Positions 21,001 through 29,630 of a stretch of 64,000 nucleotides of DNA are shown here, one piece after another. This DNA is from Methanotrichaceae archaeon (GTDB lineage: Archaea > Halobacteriota > Methanosarcinia > Methanotrichales > Methanotrichaceae). Location of the stretch: the NCBI GenBank assembly GCA_963754945.1, contig CAVWIG010000007.1, positions 1 through 64,000 on the forward strand. Reading direction: 5' to 3'. A program made the position numbers and the translations under genes. How positions within the stretch are numbered: the stretch's first letter is position 1; the number at the start of each line of letters is the position of its first letter. The notes under the pieces were generated by a model that made no database searches, was not told the origin of the DNA, and worked only from the letters and a program-made list of their open reading frames with translations.

Positions 21001-21329
21001 AGGCCAACGTCCAAAACGTCGGAGCATTCAATGATACCCGTAAGCTGGAGCTGCTGGTCAACGGCAACAAGACGGTGGACGCCCAGAACGTGACCCTGAA
21101 GCCAGGCGAGAACAAGACGATGAGCTTTAGCTTCAAGCCAACCGATGCGGGAACTTACAGGCTGAGCCTGGACGACAAGGAGACACCAGTGACTGTGGAG
21201 AAGTCTACGACCAACTGGGCCTTGATAGCGATCATATTGGTACTGCTCATAGCCATCGGTGCCGGAGCCTACCTCTACCATACCGGAGAGCTGGAGACTC
21301 TGAGGAAGCGCCTGCAAAAGCGCAAGTAA
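18006..21329 (+). CDS. S-layer protein with two Methanosarcinales S-layer (DUF1608) domains, Ig/CARDB-like domains and a C-terminal TM anchor
   Basis: Signal peptide, a Thr/Ser/Ala-rich linker, duplicated WTP..F.GFFYD.DD..GTENL and VIGFMADKYFAGY, a CARDB-like VKANVQNVG, and a C-terminal TM helix with a basic tail. Confidence 0.9.
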   Translation: MDYFRAGGVCLLIILIAAALPMGGLAATQTGAANSGIDSVNPSASGATPVVGANSFSNGIGAQGFGQASAPIKVQRPSSGIRPGAAATGINVPVAVAATETTTKSETSNTGPQGQSTPTSPPMQAVTTTAVKAEQSTATPAPATIPETLKTSTTTSAPKNPTPSSNQTANNNVTLPSTKAAVVGSMMATTTAVNSTVTNPTKVDENKSMASSSASNNTTPSVTAISENKTGQNITPAEISPVVTPALTDRIWRQGISSLDYTWTPLIFSGFFYDMDDKVGTENLTVHLTSETSRSIAEHNLKYDTKVQPINFKFKDWGKYQVIGFMADKYFAGYSGTNVLDKDLSLINDGQLRQVLIDNNDEKTIVQGSVMPLEEGYELRIKQIDVNGNKVYLALAKDGKEIDSKVVSPGTLKSSTYQYKVTISGEDTPIIMAHIPSVFAGSESGIVTVDGLFQVSDTYKSVEDGDKYGKMKVVGVSDTGVTMDNTDSVSLGKGKTVNIFGNVSFQIADADVLRFAPIVEHTGPYEIRGTIVDPSVTKEFTWTPYNFEGFYYDIDDDTGTENLTAKISGSSIADGDLTYSTSPSPVKFQFEDWGKYDVIGFMADKYFAGYNNATQFADQFSDINDGELRKILVDSKDEKTITTGSVLPLEEGYELRIKQVDINGNKVYLALAKDGKEIDSKVVAPSSGEFKTSNYLYKITMGSKKDVPMIAAHVQSVFKGTEADLATIDGLFQLSDSPANVQEGEMQGKMKVQTLTDTGISMKNDGSISLGRGRTVDIMGNLKFIVADNADRNFAPVAERSGATKALDLSITQPVVVNSAMNMHVTSAGEAISGVTVLVNGDTIGNTDASGSISYVPKSVGSIDVVASKIPYAENRTTVVVRSTAAAAAISENVTNKLALSVPSDALKNQTFLITVTGGVNQTAIENASISFDNTGIGNTSAQGTLKYASNVLGEHRITAQATGYDKASRNITVMTPIQVQSFNVSSTTAKTGQTITVKANVQNVGAFNDTRKLELLVNGNKTVDAQNVTLKPGENKTMSFSFKPTDAGTYRLSLDDKETPVTVEKSTTNWALIAIILVLLIAIGAGAYLYHTGELETLRKRLQKRK

Positions 21330-21350
21330 TGCGTTCGCAAATAGAGAACT

Positions 21351-21370
21351 GAGGGCCTGATGGGGCCCTC
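21351..21370 (+). terminator. Hairpin downstream of the S-layer gene
   Basis: GAGGGCC-TGATGG-GGCCCTC followed by a pyrimidine tract. Confidence 0.5.
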
Positions 21371-21383
21371 TTCACTTTCGTTC

Positions 21384-22771
21384 CTGTACTTTCCAACTTT
21401 TTCGTATATTTATAATATCATCAGATTAAATTAGAATATAAATTTAATAAAAAAAATAAAAAGTAAGGGTTTTATACTAGGATCAAATTCTCTCATAATA
21501 AAGGTACCATTACAATTAGAGCCGTTCTTGAATGAATTTCAGGATCTTTTTACGAAACCGAGTTATGGATCGTTTCGAGATTTGTGTGGAGCGTTAAGCG
21601 TGTGTGATAAATCCAAGACCGTTTCCAACCTTTGTGATACTATGGCCGAATGTAGGAAAGGAAAAAAAGCACGCTCTTCGTACAATTGGTTCTTTAGCGA
21701 TGCGAATTGGGACGAGGATGAAGTTGCTCAACGCAAAGTGGACCTTTTTATTGAGAAATTATGTTTAAAAGAAAATGATAGAATGTTGTTAATAATTGAT
21801 GACACATACAATGAGAAGGAAGGAACTCAAACGGAAGGTGTAGGAAAATTTTATGATCATAGTAAAGAAACCTACATTTGGGGTAACAATTTTGTTACCT
21901 CTGTTATCCAATCCAAAGGATTATTCATACCACATAAAGCTAAGATGTATATCAAGAATGATGACGAAAATGAGAATTTTAGAACAAAAATGGAGATTGC
22001 CTTGGACGAGATCATTGAACCATTAGAAGTACCAAAAAGCATGGACCTTTATATCGTTTTCGATAGCTGGTGGTTTTCTTCTGATCTCTTTAACAAGTGT
22101 CTCAAATTAGGGCATAATATAGTCTGCCAAATCAAATCTGATAAGAAAATCAGGATAAATAAGGACATGTGTTTTCAGGTTAGAGACTTAGCAAACCAAA
22201 TTGAGGATAAGTATTTTATTAAGACAACTATTAGTGTTCGGGGCAAAAAGAAGACCTACTATGCATTTGAAAAGAAGGTAGTCATAGACAAGGTAGGCGA
22301 AGTTAAACTTGTAGTCTCAAAGAGAAAAAAGGAGAGCACTACAAAATATTTTATAAGCACTAATGAATCGCTTTCGTCGAAAGAAATACTCTCAATTTAC
22401 GAGGATAGATGGGATATCGAGACGGCCCACAGAGAGACAAATCAAAAATTAGGATTCAAAGATTACCAATTAAGAGAAAAACAATCAATTGAAAGATTTA
22501 TTCAGCTAGTCTTCTCAGTATGGACTGCGATTCTCTTATGGGAAATAGACAATCCGCCATCTGGGGACGGTTCAAATCCAAGAACTATGGGCGACATGAT
22601 CGACCTAGTAAAAATGCAAGCATTAGGTGAAACATTTGAATATGTGCTGATGTATTTTAATATACCCGTACCGGAAGGCGGATTGCTTTATATACTCAGA
22701 AGCATGGGATTGAAAATATAATTTGATATAATTTAGAAAATATAAATAAAGGAGAAACTTGGAAAGTACAG
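21384..22771 (+). mobile_element. IS701-like insertion sequence with an 8-bp target duplication
   Basis: TIRs CTGTACTTTCCAACTTTTTC / GAGAAACTTGGAAAGTACAG. Direct repeat TTTCGTTC at 21376-21383 and 22772-22779. AT-rich. Confidence 0.9.
21528..22721 (+). CDS. DDE transposase (IS701-like)
   Basis: LIIDDTYNEK, VFDSWW and YEDRWDIETAHRETNQKLG (Y-x2-R-x3-E). Confidence 0.88.
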   Translation: MNEFQDLFTKPSYGSFRDLCGALSVCDKSKTVSNLCDTMAECRKGKKARSSYNWFFSDANWDEDEVAQRKVDLFIEKLCLKENDRMLLIIDDTYNEKEGTQTEGVGKFYDHSKETYIWGNNFVTSVIQSKGLFIPHKAKMYIKNDDENENFRTKMEIALDEIIEPLEVPKSMDLYIVFDSWWFSSDLFNKCLKLGHNIVCQIKSDKKIRINKDMCFQVRDLANQIEDKYFIKTTISVRGKKKTYYAFEKKVVIDKVGEVKLVVSKRKKESTTKYFISTNESLSSKEILSIYEDRWDIETAHRETNQKLGFKDYQLREKQSIERFIQLVFSVWTAILLWEIDNPPSGDGSNPRTMGDMIDLVKMQALGETFEYVLMYFNIPVPEGGLLYILRSMGLKI

Positions 22772-22944
22772 TTTCGTTCGATCATTTTTTTTAATATATT
22801 ATCTATAATCTAGAATAATATTAATTTTTTTATTTATCCTATCCGTACATGCAATGAACGAGCAGGATATGAGCACTTTATTAACAAGACCTACACAATG
22901 GTATTGATTGAAGAATTTGTCTTATTACACAATACAGGATCGGT

Positions 22945-23616
22945 ATGAAAATTAGATGTGTCTGCCAATTAGTGCTACTCACCTTGATGTTGGTTACAGT
23001 TTTCCAGAACGTATTGGCAGCTTCGGCCCAGAATTCATCAGAGAACACGACCCCTGCCTCCGGGAATAACACTTCAACGCAGGCGGCCCACCTCCTTAAC
23101 GCACAAGGGATCTGGAATATCTCCCTGGCTGGGACAGGGATAACTGCGGCTATGAACCAGTCGGACGATTTCATCTATGGAATGTGCAAGTTCGAAGGAG
23201 ATGAACCCTGGAACGGTGTAATCGCAGGATCGCTCTCTGGAAATTCAGTAAACATGGCCATCGAAGCAATGCAGGGCAAGGTTCTCGTCTCTACCGATAT
23301 AACCGGAACAATCTCCAATGATGTCCTTTCGGGACGATATGTTAGCTGTGACAGCGATGGAAATGAAGCGAACGGCGAAGTTACGGGAACGAGGATTAGC
23401 CCAGACGTCGCTGATTACACCCCTGTGAAGATCGAGGTAGCCGCTGAACCAGCCCCGGCATCAACACCAGCCGTAGTCCAACAGCCTCAGGCAGTACAGC
23501 TTAGCCAGCCTAACGCGGCGCAGGATAATCAGACCACCAAGAGCAGATTCAAGGATGTAACGCAAATGGCCAGGGGAATTAACGCAAACGTATTGCCGTG
23601 GTCGTTTCCTCTCTGA
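22945..23616 (+). CDS. Secreted hypothetical protein
   Basis: Signal peptide, a beta-rich core (GIWNISL..WNGVIAGSLSG) and a Pro/Gln linker. Confidence 0.75.
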   Translation: MKIRCVCQLVLLTLMLVTVFQNVLAASAQNSSENTTPASGNNTSTQAAHLLNAQGIWNISLAGTGITAAMNQSDDFIYGMCKFEGDEPWNGVIAGSLSGNSVNMAIEAMQGKVLVSTDITGTISNDVLSGRYVSCDSDGNEANGEVTGTRISPDVADYTPVKIEVAAEPAPASTPAVVQQPQAVQLSQPNAAQDNQTTKSRFKDVTQMARGINANVLPWSFPL

Positions 23617-23795
23617 TCTTGGTTGATGGCTATCGACATTAAGCACTATCGACAAGTAAGGAACTTGCAGAATATGTCCTGTTTTGTTGCTTGTATGAGA
23701 TGATAGAAAAACAGTAAGAAATCACCCCCTGGATGACTTCTGGAAGCTCATGGTTGTTCTATTCTATAGCTTGTTTGTTTGTGGATGCATTTGCT

Positions 23796-24602
23796 CTACA
23801 GATAGATTTGATGCGAATATCCTGGTGGCTGACTGCTTGGCGTTTGATAACTTGATCGCTGCGGATAAATCTGCTGTGGATAGCTCGGAGGTTGGTTGTA
23901 GCTGGGAGGTTGATTTGCTAGCACATTTATCACAATCGAGTTGCTCACCTGATCACCAATGGCGAAGAGAAGAATGTGCTGTCCAACTGTATCTGCATAG
24001 AAGTTGATCTGGTTGTACCCTGGGAAGAAGCTGTAGTAGTTTTTCGAAAGCTTGCCTCCAGGCATTATCTCATAGAGGTAGCCATTACCTCCTGCGGAAG
24101 AGGTCGCCAGAATTGATAAGCTTGCACCCTGAGGTATGGCAGCGTACTGAGTCCAGCTTGTCGAACCCTGTATCCACAATGAGTTCCCACCTGTGTAAGT
24201 GGCGTAAGTCTGGTACTGTGAATATGGCACTGCATGCATTTGGTAGCTAAAGTATACTGTAGTTGGGGTCTTCCCTTTTATGTCATGCCTTTTTGGAGCG
24301 TCGATGTGTATCTTAGGGTCACTTCCTTTGGACATCGTGTAATACTGAGAATATTGAGAAAAAGTAGCACTAGTAGTACCAGTAGCGCTGTATGTGGAAG
24401 AATATCCGCCTGAAGAAGCCTGGTCAAGTCCAGATTGACCGGGTGGATTACCTCCGACCCACGGTTGACCTATGCCATGATTGTATAGTTGCTCAAATGC
24501 AGCCTCACCTGGCCGCATTTCTACTTTGCTATCCACATCTAGAGCTGCAACACACCCCATCAGGGATATGATGAGGACCATCGATACTAAGATTTTATTC
24601 AT
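23796..24602 (-). CDS. Secreted hypothetical protein sharing a domain with 60234..61367
   Basis: Signal peptide with LMGC, the domain SLWIQGSTSWTQYA..P.G...YLYEIMPGG...FYADTVGQH...SNSIVINV, and a QPPSY-rich tail. Confidence 0.75.
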   Translation of the reverse strand: MNKILVSMVLIISLMGCVAALDVDSKVEMRPGEAAFEQLYNHGIGQPWVGGNPPGQSGLDQASSGGYSSTYSATGTTSATFSQYSQYYTMSKGSDPKIHIDAPKRHDIKGKTPTTVYFSYQMHAVPYSQYQTYATYTGGNSLWIQGSTSWTQYAAIPQGASLSILATSSAGGNGYLYEIMPGGKLSKNYYSFFPGYNQINFYADTVGQHILLFAIGDQVSNSIVINVLANQPPSYNQPPSYPQQIYPQRSSYQTPSSQPPGYSHQIYL

Positions 24603-25491
24603 ATTTTCTCTTGGGTTGTTGTATGTCTTGAACCACTAATCATTCAGCTATTCGATCGATTCAGCGATAAGATGCTGGCTCGCTTGATTTGCAATTTCAA
24701 ATAACCTCATATGTTATCTCAGGAGGTCCCTCTAAACCTTCAGGAGCAACTCCTTTTATAGATGATTCATCGTATAATGAAATAAAGAGCATCAGGCAAT
24801 CCTTTATGTGCCTCGTAATAAGGAAGTTATTCTTGACATTCGCTTTACCATTTATTCCAAGTCTCCTTGCGTAATCCGGTTCTAGGAGGAGCTTTTTCAA
24901 ATAGTAGACTGTGTCCTCTAAAGAATTTGTAAGAATGCCCGATTGATTGTGGTTTATCTGTAGCGGGATTCCTCCAACTGCAGAGGCTATGACAGGTTTA
25001 GCTTTCCATAGTGCTTCAGTAACGGTCAATCCAAATCCTTCCCTTAGCGAATTTTGAAGGACGACTGTGGATGCTCTTTGAAGTGCATTGACCTCCAGAT
25101 CACTTGAAGGAGGAAGATCTATTACATGAATATCCGTATCATTCTCAGCTTCTCTATTGACCCGCTCTAAAATACCCGGGCCTTCTGGGTCGTCTGTGGC
25201 TCCACCACCAGCGAGGACAAGTTGACAATCAATGTCTTTTTTGACCTCCTTATAAGCATCTATTACGCCACAGGGGTTCTTCAATTTATCAAACCGAGAG
25301 ATTTGAGTCACTATTGGCCGATCGGAATCGATTTCGAAGCGATTGAGAACTGACGTAATCGTGCTGTCAGACAGCTCTTTATTCTTTTCGCTCAATGGAT
25401 CAATTGATGGCGCGATAATCCTTTGTTTAGTGCCCAGAGTTCTTTGAAGATACTTTTTGTTAGAAAAGATTGCACAGTCATATTGTCCAAT

Positions 25492-26776
25492 GAGGGTTTC
25501 GATTTAGTGTTGGTTAATGAAGCCTTAAATTCTTGCGTTAATATTTTCAATCTTTATAGTGGTTTTTTAGCATATTTCACCCCTAAATTGGCTTATTAGA
25601 TTTCAATTTACCTTGTTGTTTCTAATTTTTGCGCTTTTTTAGAGAGCTTCCGCTAGGCTGTTTGTTTATGCACTAAATATTTCAACTGTTCCAGGTTGTA
25701 AACGACCGAATTCATCATGAATTTTACTCCAGCTCTTGCGACAGTTGTTACATAAACATGTGCTCCCTTATGCCCCCGCTTCATAACAGCGAAGCATCTT
25801 TCGATGTGCGATCGCGTTTTACTGATTCTCTTATTCCTCAGAAGATCTATGATTCCAAGCTTGTGACCTCTTGTAGCTTTTTTCATGGCTGCATCATATC
25901 CTCGAGTTTTTGCACCATCATATCCCTTATCGGCGTAACGTGGTAGCCCTTCAATTCCAAGATCTACCTGACTATCGTGTACAGAAGCAGTTGTAGTCTC
26001 AAAATATCTGATAAGGTGGTAATTGGTATCGATTGAGATATGACCTTTATATCCGAAAAAGGATTTGACACCCTTTTTTGCCCAACTTCCCTCATTTATT
26101 GGCTCTTCTTCGAGTCTCTGTGGTTTGGCCTTGTCATCAATAATATTATTTGAAATACCAATTAGCTCTTTATCAAACTCCTGATTCAGGCTCGTACTGG
26201 TGGCTTCGGAATCTTGACCTTCCTTTTTGTCCCCGCCTTGCTCGTCTTTCTTGTTCCTCTTCCGACCTGGGTCCGAAGTTATGAAGGTTGCATCCTGGAT
26301 AGTGCCATTCTTTACAGTAAACCCCATCTCATCGAGCTGCCTTTGAAGCTCATTCCAAAGATCATCGTATACGTCGCACTTAATCAAACGTTCACGGAAT
26401 AGCCAAACTGTGCTGAAATCAGGAATTACTTCAGTGGTGCCAAGGAAAATACGAAAAGAGATCCTATCCGCAACCTGTCGCTCCAGTTCTGGATCTGTTA
26501 GACCAAACCAATGCTGAATTACGAGAGCTTTCACCATAATCACGATGTCAATGTTCGGACGACCTCCGCGGCTAGTTTTATTTTTGTATATCAATGGTTC
26601 CAAAAATCTGAAACGCTCCCAATTGATCAACGATCCGATCTCGGATAGATCATCTCCGAGGGCTTTTACTCGAGCATATTCTGCTCGAATGGCAAAATCA
26701 ATGAGAGTCCTCATGCATTATATTATAGTATTAATAGTATATAAGTATTTCGATTGATTAGTTTTTCGAAACTCTC
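25492..26776 (-). mobile_element. IS5-family element, copy 1 (1285 bp)
   Basis: Ends GAGGGTTTCG...CGAAACTCTC, with a 4-bp TSD CAAT at 25488-25491 and 26777-26780. Confidence 0.92.
25653..26714 (-). CDS. IS5-family transposase
   Basis: GGRP..D...M.K, DRISFRIFLG..PDFST, IQDAT, FGYKGH, YADKGY and RSHIERCF. Confidence 0.92.
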   Translation of the reverse strand: MRTLIDFAIRAEYARVKALGDDLSEIGSLINWERFRFLEPLIYKNKTSRGGRPNIDIVIMVKALVIQHWFGLTDPELERQVADRISFRIFLGTTEVIPDFSTVWLFRERLIKCDVYDDLWNELQRQLDEMGFTVKNGTIQDATFITSDPGRKRNKKDEQGGDKKEGQDSEATSTSLNQEFDKELIGISNNIIDDKAKPQRLEEEPINEGSWAKKGVKSFFGYKGHISIDTNYHLIRYFETTTASVHDSQVDLGIEGLPRYADKGYDGAKTRGYDAAMKKATRGHKLGIIDLLRNKRISKTRSHIERCFAVMKRGHKGAHVYVTTVARAGVKFMMNSVVYNLEQLKYLVHKQTA

Positions 26777-27249
26777 CAATATAATGTTTAAGAAAATTCA
26801 ATGGGCGCATCTGAGGCTCAGTTAAATCTATATGACATCTCCAAACCCATTTTGACCCATTATTACCTTTCTTTTCGATTAGAGCAATTGGTTGAGGATC
26901 ATGAATGAATGTGATGTCTCCATAAAAATCGGTCATTTCTGCATTCATCTGATTTATCTCTAAGAAATAGGCCAAATCTTCATCTGTTATATTTACGTCA
27001 AACCCCTGTAAAGCGTTGTGAAATTTCTTAGTGATTCCGAAAAATCTTTCGTCACCCTTTATCACATCCCAATTCACATCTACTCCTAGCTGTTTGAAGA
27101 GGGGTATTAACCTTGAAAGCAACTCAGCGACACCTCCGCCTACGGAGGTCGAATTTATATTTTGCACACATTTGTCCTGAGATCTTTCGGCCAATGAATA
27201 CAGTTCGTTTATAGCATCTTGACCAACAATTGACGCATAATCCACAATG

Positions 27250-28534
27250 GAGAGTTTCGAAAAACTAATCAATCGAAATACTTATATACTATTAATATTA
27301 TAATATAATGCATGAGGACTCTCATTGATTTTGCCATTCGAGCAGAATATGCTCGAGTAAAAGCCCTCGGAGATGATCTATCCGAGATCGGATCGTTGAT
27401 CAATTGGGAGCGTTTCAGATTTTTGGAACCATTGATATACAAAAATAAAACTAGCCGCGGAGGTCGTCCGAACATTGACATCGTGATTATGGTGAAAGCT
27501 CTCGTAATTCAGCATTGGTTTGGTCTAACAGATCCAGAACTGGAGCGACAGGTTGCGGATAGGATCTCTTTTCGTATTTTCCTTGGCACCACTGAAGTAA
27601 TTCCTGATTTCAGCACAGTTTGGCTATTCCGTGAACGTTTGATTAAGTGCGACGTATACGATGATCTTTGGAATGAGCTTCAAAGGCAGCTCGATGAGAT
27701 GGGGTTTACTGTAAAGAATGGCACTATCCAGGATGCAACCTTCATAACTTCGGACCCAGGTCGGAAGAGGAACAAGAAAGACGAGCAAGGCGGGGACAAA
27801 AAGGAAGGTCAAGATTCCGAAGCCACCAGTACGAGCCTGAATCAGGAGTTTGATAAAGAGCTAATTGGTATTTCAAATAATATTATTGATGACAAGGCCA
27901 AACCACAGAGACTCGAAGAAGAGCCAATAAATGAGGGAAGTTGGGCAAAAAAGGGTGTCAAATCCTTTTTCGGATATAAAGGTCATATCTCAATCGATAC
28001 CAATTACCACCTTATCAGATATTTTGAGACTACAACTGCTTCTGTACACGATAGTCAGGTAGATCTTGGAATTGAAGGGCTACCACGTTACGCCGATAAG
28101 GGATATGATGGTGCAAAAACTCGAGGATATGATGCAGCCATGAAAAAAGCTACAAGAGGTCACAAGCTTGGAATCATAGATCTTCTGAGGAATAAGAGAA
28201 TCAGTAAAACGCGATCGCACATCGAAAGATGCTTCGCTGTTATGAAGCGGGGGCATAAGGGAGCACATGTTTATGTAACAACTGTCGCAAGAGCTGGAGT
28301 AAAATTCATGATGAATTCGGTCGTTTACAACCTGGAACAGTTGAAATATTTAGTGCATAAACAAACAGCCTAGCGGAAGCTCTCTAAAAAAGCGCAAAAA
28401 TTAGAAACAACAAGGTAAATTGAAATCTAATAAGCCAATTTAGGGGTGAAATATGCTAAAAAACCACTATAAAGATTGAAAATATTAACGCAAGAATTTA
28501 AGGCTTCATTAACCAACACTAAATCGAAACCCTC
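27250..28534 (+). mobile_element. IS5-family element, copy 2 (inverted relative to copy 1)
   Basis: Same 1285-bp element, GAGAGTTTCG...CGAAACCCTC. The flanks AATG and ACTA differ, so there is no TSD. At least one SNP relative to copy 1 lies upstream of the transposase. Confidence 0.92.
27312..28373 (+). CDS. IS5-family transposase
   Basis: Protein identical to 25653..26714 in the ORF track. Confidence 0.92.
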   Translation: MRTLIDFAIRAEYARVKALGDDLSEIGSLINWERFRFLEPLIYKNKTSRGGRPNIDIVIMVKALVIQHWFGLTDPELERQVADRISFRIFLGTTEVIPDFSTVWLFRERLIKCDVYDDLWNELQRQLDEMGFTVKNGTIQDATFITSDPGRKRNKKDEQGGDKKEGQDSEATSTSLNQEFDKELIGISNNIIDDKAKPQRLEEEPINEGSWAKKGVKSFFGYKGHISIDTNYHLIRYFETTTASVHDSQVDLGIEGLPRYADKGYDGAKTRGYDAAMKKATRGHKLGIIDLLRNKRISKTRSHIERCFAVMKRGHKGAHVYVTTVARAGVKFMMNSVVYNLEQLKYLVHKQTA

Positions 28535-29630
28535 ACTAGATATTAAAGGCAAGACCGTGGAGTTCGAGTCATTCCCGGTAGAGTATGCCGAAGTTTACGG
28601 GGTGCCCTTCTCTTTTATTCCGTGTGCGGGTACCACCGAGCAATTCATGCAGAAGGACGTTCATCGAGTGCGAGCCCTGGAGGAGCGAATTTCCTGTGAG
28701 ATTACTTTCCCACGGTTGCAGGGATACCGCTACGACCTGCCTAGTGAACATCTCACCGCTAAGTTTACTGAAGACTCGAATATGGCGATTTCAACGGAGA
28801 TGGTACCGAGCTGGACTGAGAACAAACCCATAATAGGTGAGTCGAGCCGTCATAATCTGGATGATCTGAAGAAACGAAGGCAACAGGAAGTAGCCTTCAA
28901 GCTGGCCAAGCTGATTTCAGAGAAATATTTCAAGGACGAAGAAGGGAGCACAAAGCCCTGGATATTCCCACAGCTCCTCAAGATAGCGAAGCAATGGTTG
29001 GAGGAGTGTGTGACCTGTAAGGATAACGCATTTCCTCAAATGCTCATGCTGGCAGAGCTGGCGTATGATGCGGCAGATAAGATCTACCAATCCATTGTGC
29101 GATCTGAGGAAGGCGAGAAGATGCTTAAGCCGATTCTTCGACCCTATGACTCCATCGGATCTACAAGATATGTGGACTTCGATACTACCAAGCCGGTTTA
29201 TGCAACAGACCCTAAGAAGTGCCATATTTCTCATGTGGTAGCGGATACGGAATCCTGGGAGCAAAGGACTGCCCAATCCCTGGAAGGGATGAATGAAGTT
29301 GTCTGCTATGTCAAGAACCAAAATCTTGGCTTCGCAATCCCTTATATCATCGGAGGAGATGAGAGGAACTACATCCCGGACTTCATTGTTAGAGTGAATG
29401 ACGGAAAAGAAGACCTGCTCAGCCTGATACTAGAAGTGAGTGGAGAGCAACGAAGAGACAAGGCTGCGAAGGTGGCCACCTCTAGGAACTTGTGGATTCC
29501 TGCGGTGAATAATGATGGTAGTTTTGGACGATGGGCTTTTCTAGAAATCTCAGATCCTTGGGATGTTCAGAATACTATCCGAGGAGAGCTGGATAGGATC
29601 AAGATAATTAGGGAGGAGGCGAGGGCATAA
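28535..29630 (+). pseudogene. Type III-like restriction endonuclease (BPTD_3080-like) C-terminal fragment
   Basis: EYAEVYGVPFSF, CHISHVVADTESWE, YVKNQNLGF, YIPDF...LILEVSG (PD-(D/E)xK-like) and WIPAVNN..GRWAF. The helicase half is missing and the ORF start lies inside IS5. Confidence 0.8.

Larger units (their letters stand above)
24697..27249 (-). pseudogene. treT: Trehalose synthase TreT-type GT4 glycosyltransferase, split by one IS5 and missing its start to a second
   Basis: 5' part 26777-27249 (INSTSVGGGVAELL, TKKFHNALQG, IHDPQP, WRCHID) rejoins in frame with the 3' part up to 25491 (APSIDPLSEKN, SRFDKLKNP, REGFGLTVTEALWK) once the IS and one CAAT copy are removed. Confidence 0.88.

Noticed and set aside
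19335-21317. Long antisense ORFs (380 aa and 266 aa) over the S-layer gene, and similar shadows over acl, polC and the giant gene
   Set aside because: They lie opposite well-supported genes with strong codon bias and show no recognisable motifs.
26718-27272. 184-aa ORF as a stand-alone gene
   Set aside because: Both ends come from IS5 termini and the middle is the 5' half of treT.
28476-28534. N-terminus of the 384-aa ORF as a native start
   Set aside because: It is encoded by the IS5 right end, so the ORF is a chimera with a truncated res gene.
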